A stretch of 64,000 nt of DNA. It comes from Ignavibacteria bacterium. GTDB taxonomy: Bacteria; Bacteroidota; Ignavibacteria; Ignavibacteriales; Melioribacteraceae. The translations under genes were made by a program, and so were the position numbers. Numbering within the stretch: the first letter of the stretch is position 1; the number at the start of each line of letters is the position of its first letter. The notes below the pieces were generated by a model. It had not been told where the DNA came from and ran no database searches. It was given only the letters and a program-made list of their open reading frames with translations. This document shows positions 34,405-44,946 of the stretch, one piece after another. The stretch covers positions 10 to 64,009 of the forward strand of contig JAAYAN010000190.1 of NCBI GenBank assembly GCA_012719345.1, read 5' to 3'.

Positions 34405-37400
34405 ATGAGTTTATCATCAATAAGCATACGCCGCCCGGTTTTATCTATTGTAATGTCGATAGTAATTGTGCTTTTCGGAATTATCGGATATACTTACCTT
34501 GGTATCCGGGAATATCCGAGTATAGACCCTGCAATAATAAATGTTAGAGCAAACTATCCCGGAGCGAATGCAGATATTATTGAATCGCAGGTAACTGAAC
34601 CTCTTGAAGAACAAATAAACGGAATAGCCGGAATACGTTCTCTTACATCTGTCAGTCGTGATGGAAGCAGTTCCATAACAGTAGAATTTAATATTAATGT
34701 TGATTTGGAAGATGCAGCAAATGATGTTCGCGACAGAGTTTCGCGGGCGCAAAGATTTTTGCCGCAAGATGTTGATCCGCCCATTGTATCCAAAGCTGAT
34801 GCAGATGCTGTTCCTATTGTATTCCTAAATGTTAAAAGTAATTCTCGCGATTTAATGCAGCTTTCGGATGCCGCTCTTAATATTTTTAAGGAGAGGTTAC
34901 AAACAATCCCTGGTGTGAGCAGTGTTTCTATTTGGGGTGAGCGCAAATATTCGATGAGATTGTGGATGGATCCTGGTAAGCTTGTTGCATTTGGAATTAC
35001 TCCTTTAGACATAAGAAATGCCTTGAGCCGCGAGAATATTGAACTGCCTTCTGGAAGTCTGGAAGGGCGAAATACAGAGCTGACTGTTCGTACTCTCAGC
35101 CGATTAACAACAAAAGATGATTTCAATAATTTAATCATAAAAGAAAGTAATGGTATAATTGTCAGGTTCAAAGATATAGGTAATGCCGAACTTTATCCCG
35201 AAAACGACAGAGCAATGCTCCGCAGAGACGGTATTCCGATGGTTGGAGTTGTGTTGATACCTCAACCTGGGGCAAATTATATTAAAATTGCAGATGAATT
35301 TTACGAAAGAATAGAACAGATAAAAAAGGACTTGCCTGAAGATATAGAAACAGGGATTGGTTTTGATGTAACAAAATATATCCGTAATTCCATATCAGAA
35401 GTTCAGGAAACTATATTTATTGCATTAGGGCTGGTTATAATAATAATTTTCCTTTTCCTGCGTGATTGGCGTACAACTCTTATACCTATTCTTGCTATAC
35501 CCGTATCGTTAATCGGTTCTTTTTTTATAATGTTTATTGCCGGTTTTTCAATTAATATTTTAACATTATTGGGAATTGTTCTTGCAATAGGTATTGTTGT
35601 TGACGATGCTATAGTTGTGCTTGAAAACATTTATCGTAAAATTGAAGACGGTCAGCAGCCGGTTGACGCTGCAACAAATGGAGCATCCGAAATATTTTTT
35701 GCCGTAATTTCCACAACAATTACGCTTGCGGCAGTTTTTCTTCCTATAATGTTTTTGGAAGGAATTACTGGTAGATTATTTGTGGAATTCGGTGTGGTGA
35801 TAGCAGGTTCTGTAATAATTTCTTCTTTTGTGGCATTAACCTTAACTCCTATGTTAAGTTCTAAGCTTCTTAAAAGCAAAGGGGAACACAATTGGTTTTA
35901 TAATAAAACCGAACCATATTTTATCTGGTTTGAAAATAAGTACAGAGAATCATTAGAATCTTTTATTGCAAAAAGATGGCTTGCGTTTTTAGTTATGGGA
36001 ATCTCTTTTGTATTGATGTTTCTTGTTGGCTCTGTTTTACAATCCGAATTAGCGCCAATTGAAGACAGAGGTGAGCTCCAGGTAAGGGCTACACTTCCCG
36101 AAGGTACTTCATACGAGGCTTCTGACAGATATATAAACAACTTAACCGAAGTATTAAGGGATTCAATAAAAGAAACTGAATCGATGATCTCTATGACGAG
36201 CGGCAGCGGAGGAGGGTTTGTACGATTAATGCTGGTTGATGCGGATAAACGGATTCGTTCTCAGCAAGAGGTTGCTAATAAAGTAACGTCACTTGTTTCT
36301 GAATTAAATGATGCCCGTTCGTTTGTAATTCAAAGCCAGTCTATTTCAACCCGCAGAGGAGGCTTACCGGTACAGTATGTAATTCAGGCGACGGATATTG
36401 AAAAGTTGAGGAAAATTATCCCCGATTTTTTACAAAAAGCGCAAAGTAATCCTGTTTTTGCAAATGTTGATGTTGACCTTAAATTCAATAAACCCGAAAT
36501 TGTTGTTGAAATTAATAGAACAAAAGCCCGTCAATTAGGTGTATCGGCTATGGATATTGCACAAACTCTGCAGTTAGCTTTCAGCGGCTCGCGTTTTGGT
36601 TTTTATGTTATGAATGGAAAGCAGTATCAGATTATCGGACAAGTAAATAAATCAAACAGAAATAAACCTTTAGACATAGCATCATTATATGTAAGGAGTA
36701 ATAAAAACGAATTAATTCAGCTCGATAATCTTATTACTATGCACGAAAGAAGTACTCCCCCACAATATTACAGATTTAATAGATATGTTAGTGCAACATT
36801 TTCTGCAAGTCTTGCTCCTGGTAAAACAATAGGAGATGGTATTGATGAAATGGATAAAATTGCCCAAGAAGTACTTGATGACACTTATTCTACTGCTTTA
36901 GAGGGTGCTTCAAAAGATTTTATGGAAAGTTCTTCGAGTTTGTTATTTACTTTTATGCTTGCGCTTATATTAATTTATCTTACGCTTGCAGCACAATTTG
37001 AAAGTTTTCGCGATCCGTTTATAATTATGTTTACGGTGCCTTTAGCAATTGCAGGGGCTTTGTTCTCCCTATGGTATTTCGGACAAACAATTAATATTTT
37101 CAGCCAGATCGGGCAGATAATGTTAATCGGTTTAGTAACAAAGAACGGAATTTTAATTGTAGAATTTGCTAATCAGAAAAAAGCAGCAGGATTGGACAGA
37201 ATTGCTGCAGTTAAAGAAGCAGCGCGTTTACGATTACGTCCTATTTTAATGACTAGTCTTTCAACCATTTTGGGTACACTGCCTATTGCCTTAGCACTTG
37301 GTGCCGGTTCCGAATCGAGAGTATCTATGGGTATCGCTATTATTGGCGGATTGATTTTTTCTACAATACTTACTCTTTTTGTAATTCCGGCCATTTACAC

Positions 37401-37422
37401 ATATTTTTCAAAAAACAAATAA
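34405..37422 (+). CDS. RND multidrug efflux transporter permease (AcrB/HAE1 family)
   Basis: The 1005 aa protein starts SISIRRPVLS and has the 12-TM/two-large-loop architecture. It contains VVDDAIVVLENI and LVTKNGILIVEFAN. Confidence 0.9.
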   Translation: MSLSSISIRRPVLSIVMSIVIVLFGIIGYTYLGIREYPSIDPAIINVRANYPGANADIIESQVTEPLEEQINGIAGIRSLTSVSRDGSSSITVEFNINVDLEDAANDVRDRVSRAQRFLPQDVDPPIVSKADADAVPIVFLNVKSNSRDLMQLSDAALNIFKERLQTIPGVSSVSIWGERKYSMRLWMDPGKLVAFGITPLDIRNALSRENIELPSGSLEGRNTELTVRTLSRLTTKDDFNNLIIKESNGIIVRFKDIGNAELYPENDRAMLRRDGIPMVGVVLIPQPGANYIKIADEFYERIEQIKKDLPEDIETGIGFDVTKYIRNSISEVQETIFIALGLVIIIIFLFLRDWRTTLIPILAIPVSLIGSFFIMFIAGFSINILTLLGIVLAIGIVVDDAIVVLENIYRKIEDGQQPVDAATNGASEIFFAVISTTITLAAVFLPIMFLEGITGRLFVEFGVVIAGSVIISSFVALTLTPMLSSKLLKSKGEHNWFYNKTEPYFIWFENKYRESLESFIAKRWLAFLVMGISFVLMFLVGSVLQSELAPIEDRGELQVRATLPEGTSYEASDRYINNLTEVLRDSIKETESMISMTSGSGGGFVRLMLVDADKRIRSQQEVANKVTSLVSELNDARSFVIQSQSISTRRGGLPVQYVIQATDIEKLRKIIPDFLQKAQSNPVFANVDVDLKFNKPEIVVEINRTKARQLGVSAMDIAQTLQLAFSGSRFGFYVMNGKQYQIIGQVNKSNRNKPLDIASLYVRSNKNELIQLDNLITMHERSTPPQYYRFNRYVSATFSASLAPGKTIGDGIDEMDKIAQEVLDDTYSTALEGASKDFMESSSSLLFTFMLALILIYLTLAAQFESFRDPFIIMFTVPLAIAGALFSLWYFGQTINIFSQIGQIMLIGLVTKNGILIVEFANQKKAAGLDRIAAVKEAARLRLRPILMTSLSTILGTLPIALALGAGSESRVSMGIAIIGGLIFSTILTLFVIPAIYTYFSKNK

Positions 37423-37423
37423 A

Positions 37424-37452
37424 AAACCCGCTATTAACGGGTTTTTTATTTT
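37424..37452. terminator. Bidirectional hairpin terminator
   Basis: aaaaaACCCGctattaaCGGGTtttttatttt lies between convergent genes. Confidence 0.8.
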
Positions 37453-37466
37453 TGATAAAACTTAAA

Positions 37467-38519
37467 TCAGTTGTTTCTTATTTCTTCCCATATCTTATTT
37501 AATTCGGTAATTTCTTCGCCAACATTTTTAAGAATTGAACACTTCATTAAATATTTATCCGAAGGGTATTTGATTGTATCATTTTTTGTTTCTGCATCAA
37601 GTAGAGTAAATGCAGCATCGTTTGGAACAGCATATTGAACATAATCAGCATTTTCTTTTGCGTTTTCTGCATCGAGCATAAAATCAATAAATTTGTATGC
37701 CAAATCTTTATTTTCGGCATTTTTAAGAATAACAAAAGAATCAATCCATAATTCTGCACCTTCAACGGGCAGAACAAAACCTACTTCTTCATTCTGGCTG
37801 ATTACCTGTAATGCATCTCCATTATATGCTTGAGCTAACCAGGTGGTACCATCTTGTATTTCATTTTTATAGGAATCCGAATCATATTGAGATACATTTT
37901 TATCCCATTCAAGTAATGCTGTTTTTGCCTTTGATAATGCCTCGGGAGACATATCATTTAAAGAGTAACCTGAATATATTAATGCAGCTCCCACAACCGA
38001 CCGTGCGTCGTCGAGCATTGTAACAACATTTTTATTGAAAAATGTTTTATCCGCAAGAATATTCCACGAAACATTTTTCATTTTTTCTTCGGGAATATCT
38101 CTTTTGTTATATATTAAACCGGTTGTTCCCCAAAAATACGGAATAGAGTATTGCGCTCCGGAATCATATTCAGAAACTTTGTTCATAATAGATTTGCTTA
38201 GATTATTATAATTAGGAATTTTGGATTTATCGAGTTTTTCGATGAGATTTTTCTGAATCATAAAAACAACATGATCTCCGCTTGGAAATACAATATCGTA
38301 CGAAGCTTGCGTGTGCATTACTTTAGTAAGCATATTTTCGTTTGAATCGTAAGTATCGTAAACAATTGTACAATCATTAAGATCTTCAAATTTTCTTAAA
38401 AGATCAGGAGAAATGTAATCTGTCCAATTATAAATATACAATTTTTGCTTTTCCTGCGTACCGCAGGAAAAAATAAGAAGTGAAACGAAAAGAAAGATAA
38501 AAGTTTTCAAGTAAGTCAT
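37467..38519 (-). CDS. potD: Spermidine/putrescine ABC transporter substrate-binding protein (orphan)
   Basis: It has a lipoprotein signal (LIFSCG). Motifs are LYIYNWTDYI, PYFWGTTGLIYN and a PotD/PotF-like C-terminus. No potABC genes are adjacent. Confidence 0.75.
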   Translation of the reverse strand: MTYLKTFIFLFVSLLIFSCGTQEKQKLYIYNWTDYISPDLLRKFEDLNDCTIVYDTYDSNENMLTKVMHTQASYDIVFPSGDHVVFMIQKNLIEKLDKSKIPNYNNLSKSIMNKVSEYDSGAQYSIPYFWGTTGLIYNKRDIPEEKMKNVSWNILADKTFFNKNVVTMLDDARSVVGAALIYSGYSLNDMSPEALSKAKTALLEWDKNVSQYDSDSYKNEIQDGTTWLAQAYNGDALQVISQNEEVGFVLPVEGAELWIDSFVILKNAENKDLAYKFIDFMLDAENAKENADYVQYAVPNDAAFTLLDAETKNDTIKYPSDKYLMKCSILKNVGEEITELNKIWEEIRNN

Positions 38520-38607
38520 AGCATCTCCCTAAAATATACAAATGAAATTTTATTTGTAAAGTTGATTTAAGATGGATTAATTAAATTATTAAAGCAAATC
38601 ATAAAAT

Positions 38608-39228
38608 TTATTTATGCTGATTATTTTGGATTAAATGATATTTTTCAAGTAATTTATGAGATCCTGCTCCAAGACTGATAATAGTCTTCATTGCAAGATC
38701 AACGGGATAATCGATTTCGTGAACATTTTCTTTTGTAAGGTGATATACAAAACCGGCAGTCGGTGCGGGAGCAGAGGGAATAAACACGGTAAAACTTCCG
38801 TCAGGATGTCGGTCTGTTATAAATGCTGTAAGTAAAGTTGAATTGCCATAAAGATTTACAAGTGCAACCCCGCTGAATAAATTTTTCTGAGAACCAAAAA
38901 GCTGAGTTACGGTTTCTTTTACAATTCTGTAACCGGGTATTCTAATAAGTATATTATCTTCAAATAAATTATATATAAATATTCCTACTTTTGTCCGGAT
39001 AATTAGACCAAGTATGAAGCAAATTCCCAAAATTATTCCAATAGTCATTACCGAGGCAAGTAACTTGTCTGCTTTTGCTGTTTCGGTAAAAATTTGAGTT
39101 ATCGGTTCAATATTTTCGAGAATAAACAGGAATAGTGAACGAAAAACTAGGAATAGAATTACTAGAGGGAGAACTATTACAAATCCACCAAGAAAAGTAG
39201 TATTTAAAAATTGTTTAATTCTGCTCAT
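38608..39228 (-). CDS. DUF502-family membrane protein
   Basis: It has two N-terminal TM segments, IPGYRIVKETV, and a conserved SAPAPTAGF segment. Confidence 0.7.
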   Translation of the reverse strand: MSRIKQFLNTTFLGGFVIVLPLVILFLVFRSLFLFILENIEPITQIFTETAKADKLLASVMTIGIILGICFILGLIIRTKVGIFIYNLFEDNILIRIPGYRIVKETVTQLFGSQKNLFSGVALVNLYGNSTLLTAFITDRHPDGSFTVFIPSAPAPTAGFVYHLTKENVHEIDYPVDLAMKTIISLGAGSHKLLEKYHLIQNNQHK

Positions 39229-39431
39229 AAAAATTTATTAGTTTCTATAAAAATAAGAATAAAATATGTTTGTTTGAACTTGTAGTATCATCTTTTTTAT
39301 ATAGAATGAATTTGGATGCAAAAAAAAGCCCTTTTTAAAATTCAAAACGACTTTGAAAATTAAAAAAAAATATAGATGTTTACCCGATAGAAATTTAAAA
39401 TTGCTGGAATTAATTCCTTTACAGGTGCGGC

Positions 39432-40811
39432 TTGCTCAACAAACTTATTAATCCTGAAATACAAGACCTTCTTATAAAAAAGAATTTTGCTGTTTTAAAA
39501 GAAATTGTTGATGAATTAGAATTAGCCGACGTTGCAGAAATAGTTGCTGACCTGCCCGAAAATTTAAGAGCTATATTTTTTAGAATTCTTCATACTAATC
39601 TTGCGGCAGATGTTTTTGAATATATAGAACCTGAAACTCAGCTCGAAATTATTAAAAGCTTAAGTAATGCTGAAGCTGCAAAAATTCTTAATGAGATGTC
39701 GCCTGACGACAGAACTTCATTCCTTGAAGAGCTCCCCTCTTCAGTTACAAAAAAATTAATAGGACTTTTGAATACCGAGGAGCGGGAAATTGCACTTTCG
39801 CTTCTTGCATATCCCGAATACAGTGTTGGAAGACTTTTAACAACCGATTTTATTGCAGTTACGCAAGATATGACAATTGCCGCAGCATTTGATTATATCC
39901 GTAAATACGGAAATGACAGCGAAACGGTTAATGTTATTTATGTTGTAAACGAGCAAGATATTTTAATAGATGATATAAAAATAAGGACACTTATTTTTGC
40001 TAATCCTAATCAGAAAATAGAAGAAATATTAGACAAAAATTATATAAGTTTAAATGTTTACGATGATCAGGAAAAAGCTATCGAGTATTTTAAAAAATAC
40101 GACAGGGTGGCTTTGCCGGTTACCGATTCGGCTGGTGTGCTATTAGGTATGGTAACTATAGATGACGTATTTGATATTGCAGAAGAAGAGGCAACCGAAG
40201 ATATTCACAGATTCGGAGGTACCGAAGCAATAGAAGAGCCGTATCTTAATATTTCATTAAAACGAATGATACAAAAAAGAGCCATTTGGTTAAGCGTCCT
40301 TTTCCTTGGTGAATTACTTACTGCATCGGTAATGGCATATTTTGAAGAAGAAATAAGTAAGGCTGTTGTTCTTGCATTATTTGTACCTTTAATAATTTCC
40401 AGTGGCGGTAATTCAGGTTCGCAGGCGGCAACTCTTGTAATACGTGCAATGGCTCTTCACGAAATATCAATTAAAAATTGGTTTTTTGTTCTTAAAAGAG
40501 AAATTATGTCTGGAATAATACTCGGTTCAATCTTAGGTATTCTCGGCTTTCTAAGGGTATTTATCTGGGGAAAATATTTAGGTGTGTACGGTGAATATTG
40601 GATGCTTATTGGATTTACAGTTTCTTTTGCTTTAATTGGGGTGGTTACGTGGGGAACATTAATGGGAGGGATGCTGCCGATTTTACTGAAAAAAATAGGG
40701 CTTGATCCTGCAACTTCTTCTGCGCCCTTTGTTGCTACTCTTGTGGATGTGGTTGGGATAATAATTTATTTTTCATTCGCATTTTTTCTTCTTAAAGGGA
40801 CATTGCTGTAA
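39432..40811 (+). CDS. mgtE: Magnesium transporter MgtE
   Basis: It has the MgtE N-domain (LADVAEIVADLPE), tandem CBS domains and a C-terminal TM domain with SGGNSGSQAAT. It uses a TTG start. Confidence 0.9.
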   Translation: MLNKLINPEIQDLLIKKNFAVLKEIVDELELADVAEIVADLPENLRAIFFRILHTNLAADVFEYIEPETQLEIIKSLSNAEAAKILNEMSPDDRTSFLEELPSSVTKKLIGLLNTEEREIALSLLAYPEYSVGRLLTTDFIAVTQDMTIAAAFDYIRKYGNDSETVNVIYVVNEQDILIDDIKIRTLIFANPNQKIEEILDKNYISLNVYDDQEKAIEYFKKYDRVALPVTDSAGVLLGMVTIDDVFDIAEEEATEDIHRFGGTEAIEEPYLNISLKRMIQKRAIWLSVLFLGELLTASVMAYFEEEISKAVVLALFVPLIISSGGNSGSQAATLVIRAMALHEISIKNWFFVLKREIMSGIILGSILGILGFLRVFIWGKYLGVYGEYWMLIGFTVSFALIGVVTWGTLMGGMLPILLKKIGLDPATSSAPFVATLVDVVGIIIYFSFAFFLLKGTLL

Positions 40812-40910
40812 ATATTTAAAAATAATATTACAATAATCTTAAAAAAATAATTATTTTATAAATCAAATAAAAAATTTATTTTTCAGAAAAAAATAGAAAA
40901 ACGTACAATT

Positions 40911-42131
40911 ATGAGTGATACGGAAAAAATCAAAAAATTAGAATCTGATATTAATCAATTAAAAGAAAAAATTGACCGGTTAGAACAAGAAAAAAATTCA
41001 CTTCAGCATAAAAGTTTTTTGCTTCAGGCATTGATGGACAATTTTACCGATACAATATACTTTAAAGATACTAAATCCAGATTTACCCTAATAAGCAAAC
41101 AGCAGGCAAAGTTGTTAGGTCTTAAAAGTGTTGAAGAAGCGGTTGGCAAGACCGATTTTGACTTTTTTACAAAGGAACATGCTCTGGAAGCTTTAAAGGA
41201 CGAACAAGAAGTTATTAAAACCGGTAAACCAATGAGCAACAAATTGGAACGTATAAGGAATGCTGAAGGACATTTCAGATGGGTTTCTGCGTCAAAAGTA
41301 CCTTTTACAAATGATAAAGGTAAAATAATCGGACTTGTCGGGATGTCCAAAGATCTTACCGAGACAGTTGAAGCTCAGGAAAAAGTAAAAGCATATGCCG
41401 AGGAATTAAGGTTATTAAATATTACAAAAGATAAATTCTTTTCAATAATCGCTCACGATTTAAAGAATCCTTTTAACACAATATTAGGATTTTCAAGTAT
41501 TCTTATGGCAGAATTCGATGAAATGAATAACCTCGAAAAGAGAGAATTCTTAAGTCAGATTGATAAAGTTTCGCACTATGCATATCAATTGCTCGAAAAT
41601 CTGCTACAATGGGCGCGTTCGCAAACCGGACGCATTGCTTTCAATCCTGTTAAATGCGATTTGTTTAAGCTGATTAAAGAAAATGTAGATGCACTTTCGA
41701 TTATTGCCAATAAGAAGCAAATAACAATAAAAAGCGAAGTAAAACATAAAAGTATTGCCGATGTTGACATAAATATGATTAACACATCACTGCGGAATAT
41801 AATATCCAATGCCATCAAGTTTTCGCGTCCCGGAGGAAGTGTAATTGTTACCGCTTCAAAAAATGGGGAATTTTGGGAGATAACAGTAAAAGATAATGGT
41901 GTTGGAATACCAAAAACAAATCTCAATAAATTGTTTAAAGTCGATGAGCAGATTTCCACAACTGGTACTAACGATGAAAAAGGTACAGGATTGGGTCTTA
42001 TTTTATGTAATGAGTTTGTTAAAGCTCATAATGGCAAAATAACAGTAACTAGTAAAGAAAATGAAGGAACTTCCGTAACCGTAAGTATTCCGGCTAAACA
42101 TAATATTCTCGAGCTGGAAATAAAGAACTAA
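40911..42131 (+). CDS. PAS-domain sensor histidine kinase (cytoplasmic, orphan)
   Basis: It has a coiled coil, a PAS domain, the H-box FSIIAHDLKNP, an N-box ISNAIKF and G-boxes DNGVGI and GTGLGL. Confidence 0.85.
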   Translation: MSDTEKIKKLESDINQLKEKIDRLEQEKNSLQHKSFLLQALMDNFTDTIYFKDTKSRFTLISKQQAKLLGLKSVEEAVGKTDFDFFTKEHALEALKDEQEVIKTGKPMSNKLERIRNAEGHFRWVSASKVPFTNDKGKIIGLVGMSKDLTETVEAQEKVKAYAEELRLLNITKDKFFSIIAHDLKNPFNTILGFSSILMAEFDEMNNLEKREFLSQIDKVSHYAYQLLENLLQWARSQTGRIAFNPVKCDLFKLIKENVDALSIIANKKQITIKSEVKHKSIADVDINMINTSLRNIISNAIKFSRPGGSVIVTASKNGEFWEITVKDNGVGIPKTNLNKLFKVDEQISTTGTNDEKGTGLGLILCNEFVKAHNGKITVTSKENEGTSVTVSIPAKHNILELEIKN

Positions 42132-42186
42132 TTATTTTTACTGTTTTGTTTTTAAAATATTTTTCTATTTCAAACATTATTATATA

Positions 42187-43188
42187 ATGGAATACAGAAA
42201 TTTAGGGAAATCGGGTTTAAGAATATCAGCTTTATCTTTAGGTTCGTGGGTAACTTTTCACGAACAGATAGGCGAAAAAATTGCTTACGAATGTATGAAA
42301 ACAGCATTCGATTTCGGAGTGAATTTTTTTGATAATGCCGAAGTTTATGCAGCAGGCGAAGCCGAAAAAATTATGGGAAACGTAATTAAGAAAGCAGCCT
42401 GGAAAAGAAGCGATTTGATAATTTCTACAAAAATTTACTGGGGCGGAAAAGGACAAAACGATACCGGACTTTCGCGAAAGCATATTTTTGAAGGGACCGA
42501 TGCTTCTTTGAAAAGACTGGGAATGGAATATGTAGATCTTATATATTGTCATCGTCCCGACCTTTTTACACCAATTGAAGAAACAGTTTGGGCAATGAAT
42601 CATATTCTGCAGCAGGGGAAAGCTCTTTATTGGGGAACTAGTGAATGGAGCGCAATACAGATTCAGGAAGCATATAATATTGCACGACGCGAGCATCTTA
42701 TTCCGCCTATAATGGAACAGCCGGAATATAATATGTTTAAAAGACAAAAAGTAGAAGAAGAATACAAATCTCTTTACTCAAAAATAGGTTTAGGCACAAC
42801 TACATTCAGTCCACTTGCAAGTGGGTTTTTAACCGGAAAATATAATAACGAAATACCGGAAAACTCACGTTTTAATCTCGAAAATTACGCTTGGCTTCGG
42901 AATATTTTAAATTCCGATGAAGGTAAAAGCCGTATTAATAAAGTAAAAAAACTTACCCAAATTGCTGATTCTCTTGGAATTACAATGGCTCAGTTTGCAA
43001 TTGCCTGGTGCTTACTTAATAAAAATGTTAGTTCAGTTATTACCGGAGCATCAAAACCAGAACAGGTTGAAAGCAATCTTAAATCAATTAATTTTGTGAA
43101 TTTAATTACTCCGGAAATTGTTGAGCAAATAGAATTAGTTCTTGAAAACAAACCAGCAGCAGAACATAACTGGAGGAAGATTCAGTAA
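42187..43188 (+). CDS. Aldo/keto reductase (Kv-beta-like subfamily)
   Basis: Contains YRNLGKSGLRISALSLGSW, FDNAEVYA and DLIYCHRPD. Confidence 0.85.
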   Translation: MEYRNLGKSGLRISALSLGSWVTFHEQIGEKIAYECMKTAFDFGVNFFDNAEVYAAGEAEKIMGNVIKKAAWKRSDLIISTKIYWGGKGQNDTGLSRKHIFEGTDASLKRLGMEYVDLIYCHRPDLFTPIEETVWAMNHILQQGKALYWGTSEWSAIQIQEAYNIARREHLIPPIMEQPEYNMFKRQKVEEEYKSLYSKIGLGTTTFSPLASGFLTGKYNNEIPENSRFNLENYAWLRNILNSDEGKSRINKVKKLTQIADSLGITMAQFAIAWCLLNKNVSSVITGASKPEQVESNLKSINFVNLITPEIVEQIELVLENKPAAEHNWRKIQ

Positions 43189-43214
43189 ATTGCTTATTTA
43201 CTGAACGTTTTTAG

Positions 43215-44165
43215 ATGGGAACATTTTTTTTAAGTCTTCAGCTTGTTTCTCCTGTTTTCCTTTTAATATTTTTAGGCGCATTTCTTAAAAAAATTAAAAT
43301 AATTGATGATAACTTTACTAAGTTATCATCAAAACTTGTTTTTAATGTTGCTTTGCCAGTTTTTATTTTTTTTAATGTTGCGGAGTTTAATTTAGAAAGT
43401 TCTTTTAATTACAGGCAGATAATATTTGTAATAGGATGCACTGTATCGGCATATTTTTTTGCTTGGATATTTGCGAAAATATTATCTCTCTGTACTTTTC
43501 AGACTGGTGTTTTTATTCAAGGAGCTTTCAGGGGTAATTTTGCCATTGTAGGAATCGCTATTATTTCGGCGTACTTTTCTGATGAAATTATGGGAAAAAG
43601 TTCGGTGCTACTTGCTGTTATTGTTCCGCTTTATAATATTTTATCTTTAATTGCATTGTTATCAAATAAAAAAGACAAGATTACATTAATATTTCTTATA
43701 AAAGAAATATTAAAAAATCCTTTGATAATATGTATTGCTGCAGCAATTCCTTTTTCAATAAATAAAATTGAACTTCCTAAACCGATATACGAAACAGGGA
43801 ATTATATTGCGGATCTTACACTCCCGTTAGCTCTTCTGAGCATTGGGGGCACAATGAATTTTTCGCAGATAAAAAATATATCGGGAGCAGCTGTTTCAGC
43901 ATCCATTTTAAAAACAATAATATTTCCGTTTATATTTACTTATTTATCATACATTCTTGGGTATCGGAACGAAGAATTAGGCATGCTTTTTATCCTTTTT
44001 TCAGCTCCTACAGCGATAGTAAGTTTTATTATGACAAATGCACTTGGAGGCGATGAAAAACTTGCGGGTAACATTATTGTGATGACAACTCTGCTTTCTG
44101 TTGTAACAATGCCTTTGGGAATATTTGTGATGGAAATAGCAGGACTGGTGCATCTTACAGAATAA
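43215..44165 (+). CDS. AEC (auxin efflux carrier) family transporter
   Basis: It is a ~10-TM protein with an N-terminus of the LPVFLLIFLG..L type and internal-repeat topology. Confidence 0.7.
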   Translation: MGTFFLSLQLVSPVFLLIFLGAFLKKIKIIDDNFTKLSSKLVFNVALPVFIFFNVAEFNLESSFNYRQIIFVIGCTVSAYFFAWIFAKILSLCTFQTGVFIQGAFRGNFAIVGIAIISAYFSDEIMGKSSVLLAVIVPLYNILSLIALLSNKKDKITLIFLIKEILKNPLIICIAAAIPFSINKIELPKPIYETGNYIADLTLPLALLSIGGTMNFSQIKNISGAAVSASILKTIIFPFIFTYLSYILGYRNEELGMLFILFSAPTAIVSFIMTNALGGDEKLAGNIIVMTTLLSVVTMPLGIFVMEIAGLVHLTE

Positions 44166-44362
44166 TATTTATTAATAACTTGCATTTTTTATCGGCTTGA
44201 ATTAATTAGTATTTAAAATATATTTTTATTACTGTTGCACCTTTAAAAAAACAAAAAGAACATAATGTTGACGGACTTAACAATAATAATAATGCACTAT
44301 AAAGAAATTAATTGTTAAGCCGATTATTTTAATAAAATTCATATTTAATTGAAGGAGTTTTT

Positions 44363-44548
44363 ATGAGCTACTGGGAAGATGAAGACAATGTTTATGACGA
44401 TGAGGACAATCTTGAAGAAGAGCCGTATGACGATGAAGAATTGGATGATGATGAAAGGGAAAACAGAAAATCGGATTCCAAAATAATTTGCGAATATTGC
44501 GGACTGAAAGGTCATACTTCACTTGATTGCCCATCCATAAATGATTAA
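44363..44548 (+). CDS. Small highly acidic protein with a C-terminal CCHC zinc knuckle
   Basis: The RBS is GAAGGAG. The first ~40 residues are rich in D and E. The C-terminus CEYCGLKGHTSLDC fits CX2CX4HX4C exactly. Confidence 0.6.
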   Translation: MSYWEDEDNVYDDEDNLEEEPYDDEELDDDERENRKSDSKIICEYCGLKGHTSLDCPSIND

Positions 44549-44802
44549 ATTAAAAATTACCGGCTGGTTTAATAACTGGCCGGAATATTTAATTATACTG
44601 TCGTAAAAAGGTAAATTTAGTTAAATAAAAATCATAATTCAACATTTTGTTTTAAAACTGGTTTATATCAAAAAGAAAAAATACCTTATATAAGAAAAAC
44701 ATATTTCAAACAGCATTTTGATAAATATCATACGGTAATTGTTATTTGTAATAAAAGATAATATATAGACGTAAACAGTGTGGTGTCTATTTTGAAAGTC
44801 AA

Positions 44803-44919
44803 ATGAAATATTCAAATGTCTGCCCGAATTGCGGAGAAAAATCCGAAACAAAAGAAAAGTACTGTCCCGCCTGCGGTTCAGAAAAAATGGAGATAAATGC
44901 TGAAACCGGAATTGCCTAG
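44803..44919 (+). CDS. 38-aa zinc-ribbon peptide
   Basis: Hand translation gives MKYSNVCPNCGEKSETKEKYCPACGSEKMEINAETGIA*, with two CxxC pairs. It is not in the ORF track and lies 27 nt upstream of a membrane-protein ORF. Confidence 0.4.
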   Translation: MKYSNVCPNCGEKSETKEKYCPACGSEKMEINAETGIA

Positions 44920-44946
44920 AGCATATTTAATGATATAGATTCGGAA

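Noticed and set aside
34554-35171. 205-aa minus-strand ORF, plus several other antisense ORFs between 34441 and 37394
   Set aside because: They are antisense to the RND pump gene, which has strong family motifs along its full length.
39229-39431. Possible M-box (Mg2+) riboswitch upstream of mgtE
   Set aside because: The spacer is very AT-rich. I could not find the multi-helix GC-containing core expected for an M-box. Only an Infernal scan could settle it.
42238-42747. 169-aa minus-strand ORF
   Set aside because: It is antisense to the aldo/keto reductase gene.
44663-44851. 62-aa minus-strand ORF
   Set aside because: It is an AT-rich chance ORF. The plus strand carries a more plausible zinc-ribbon peptide (44803-44919).
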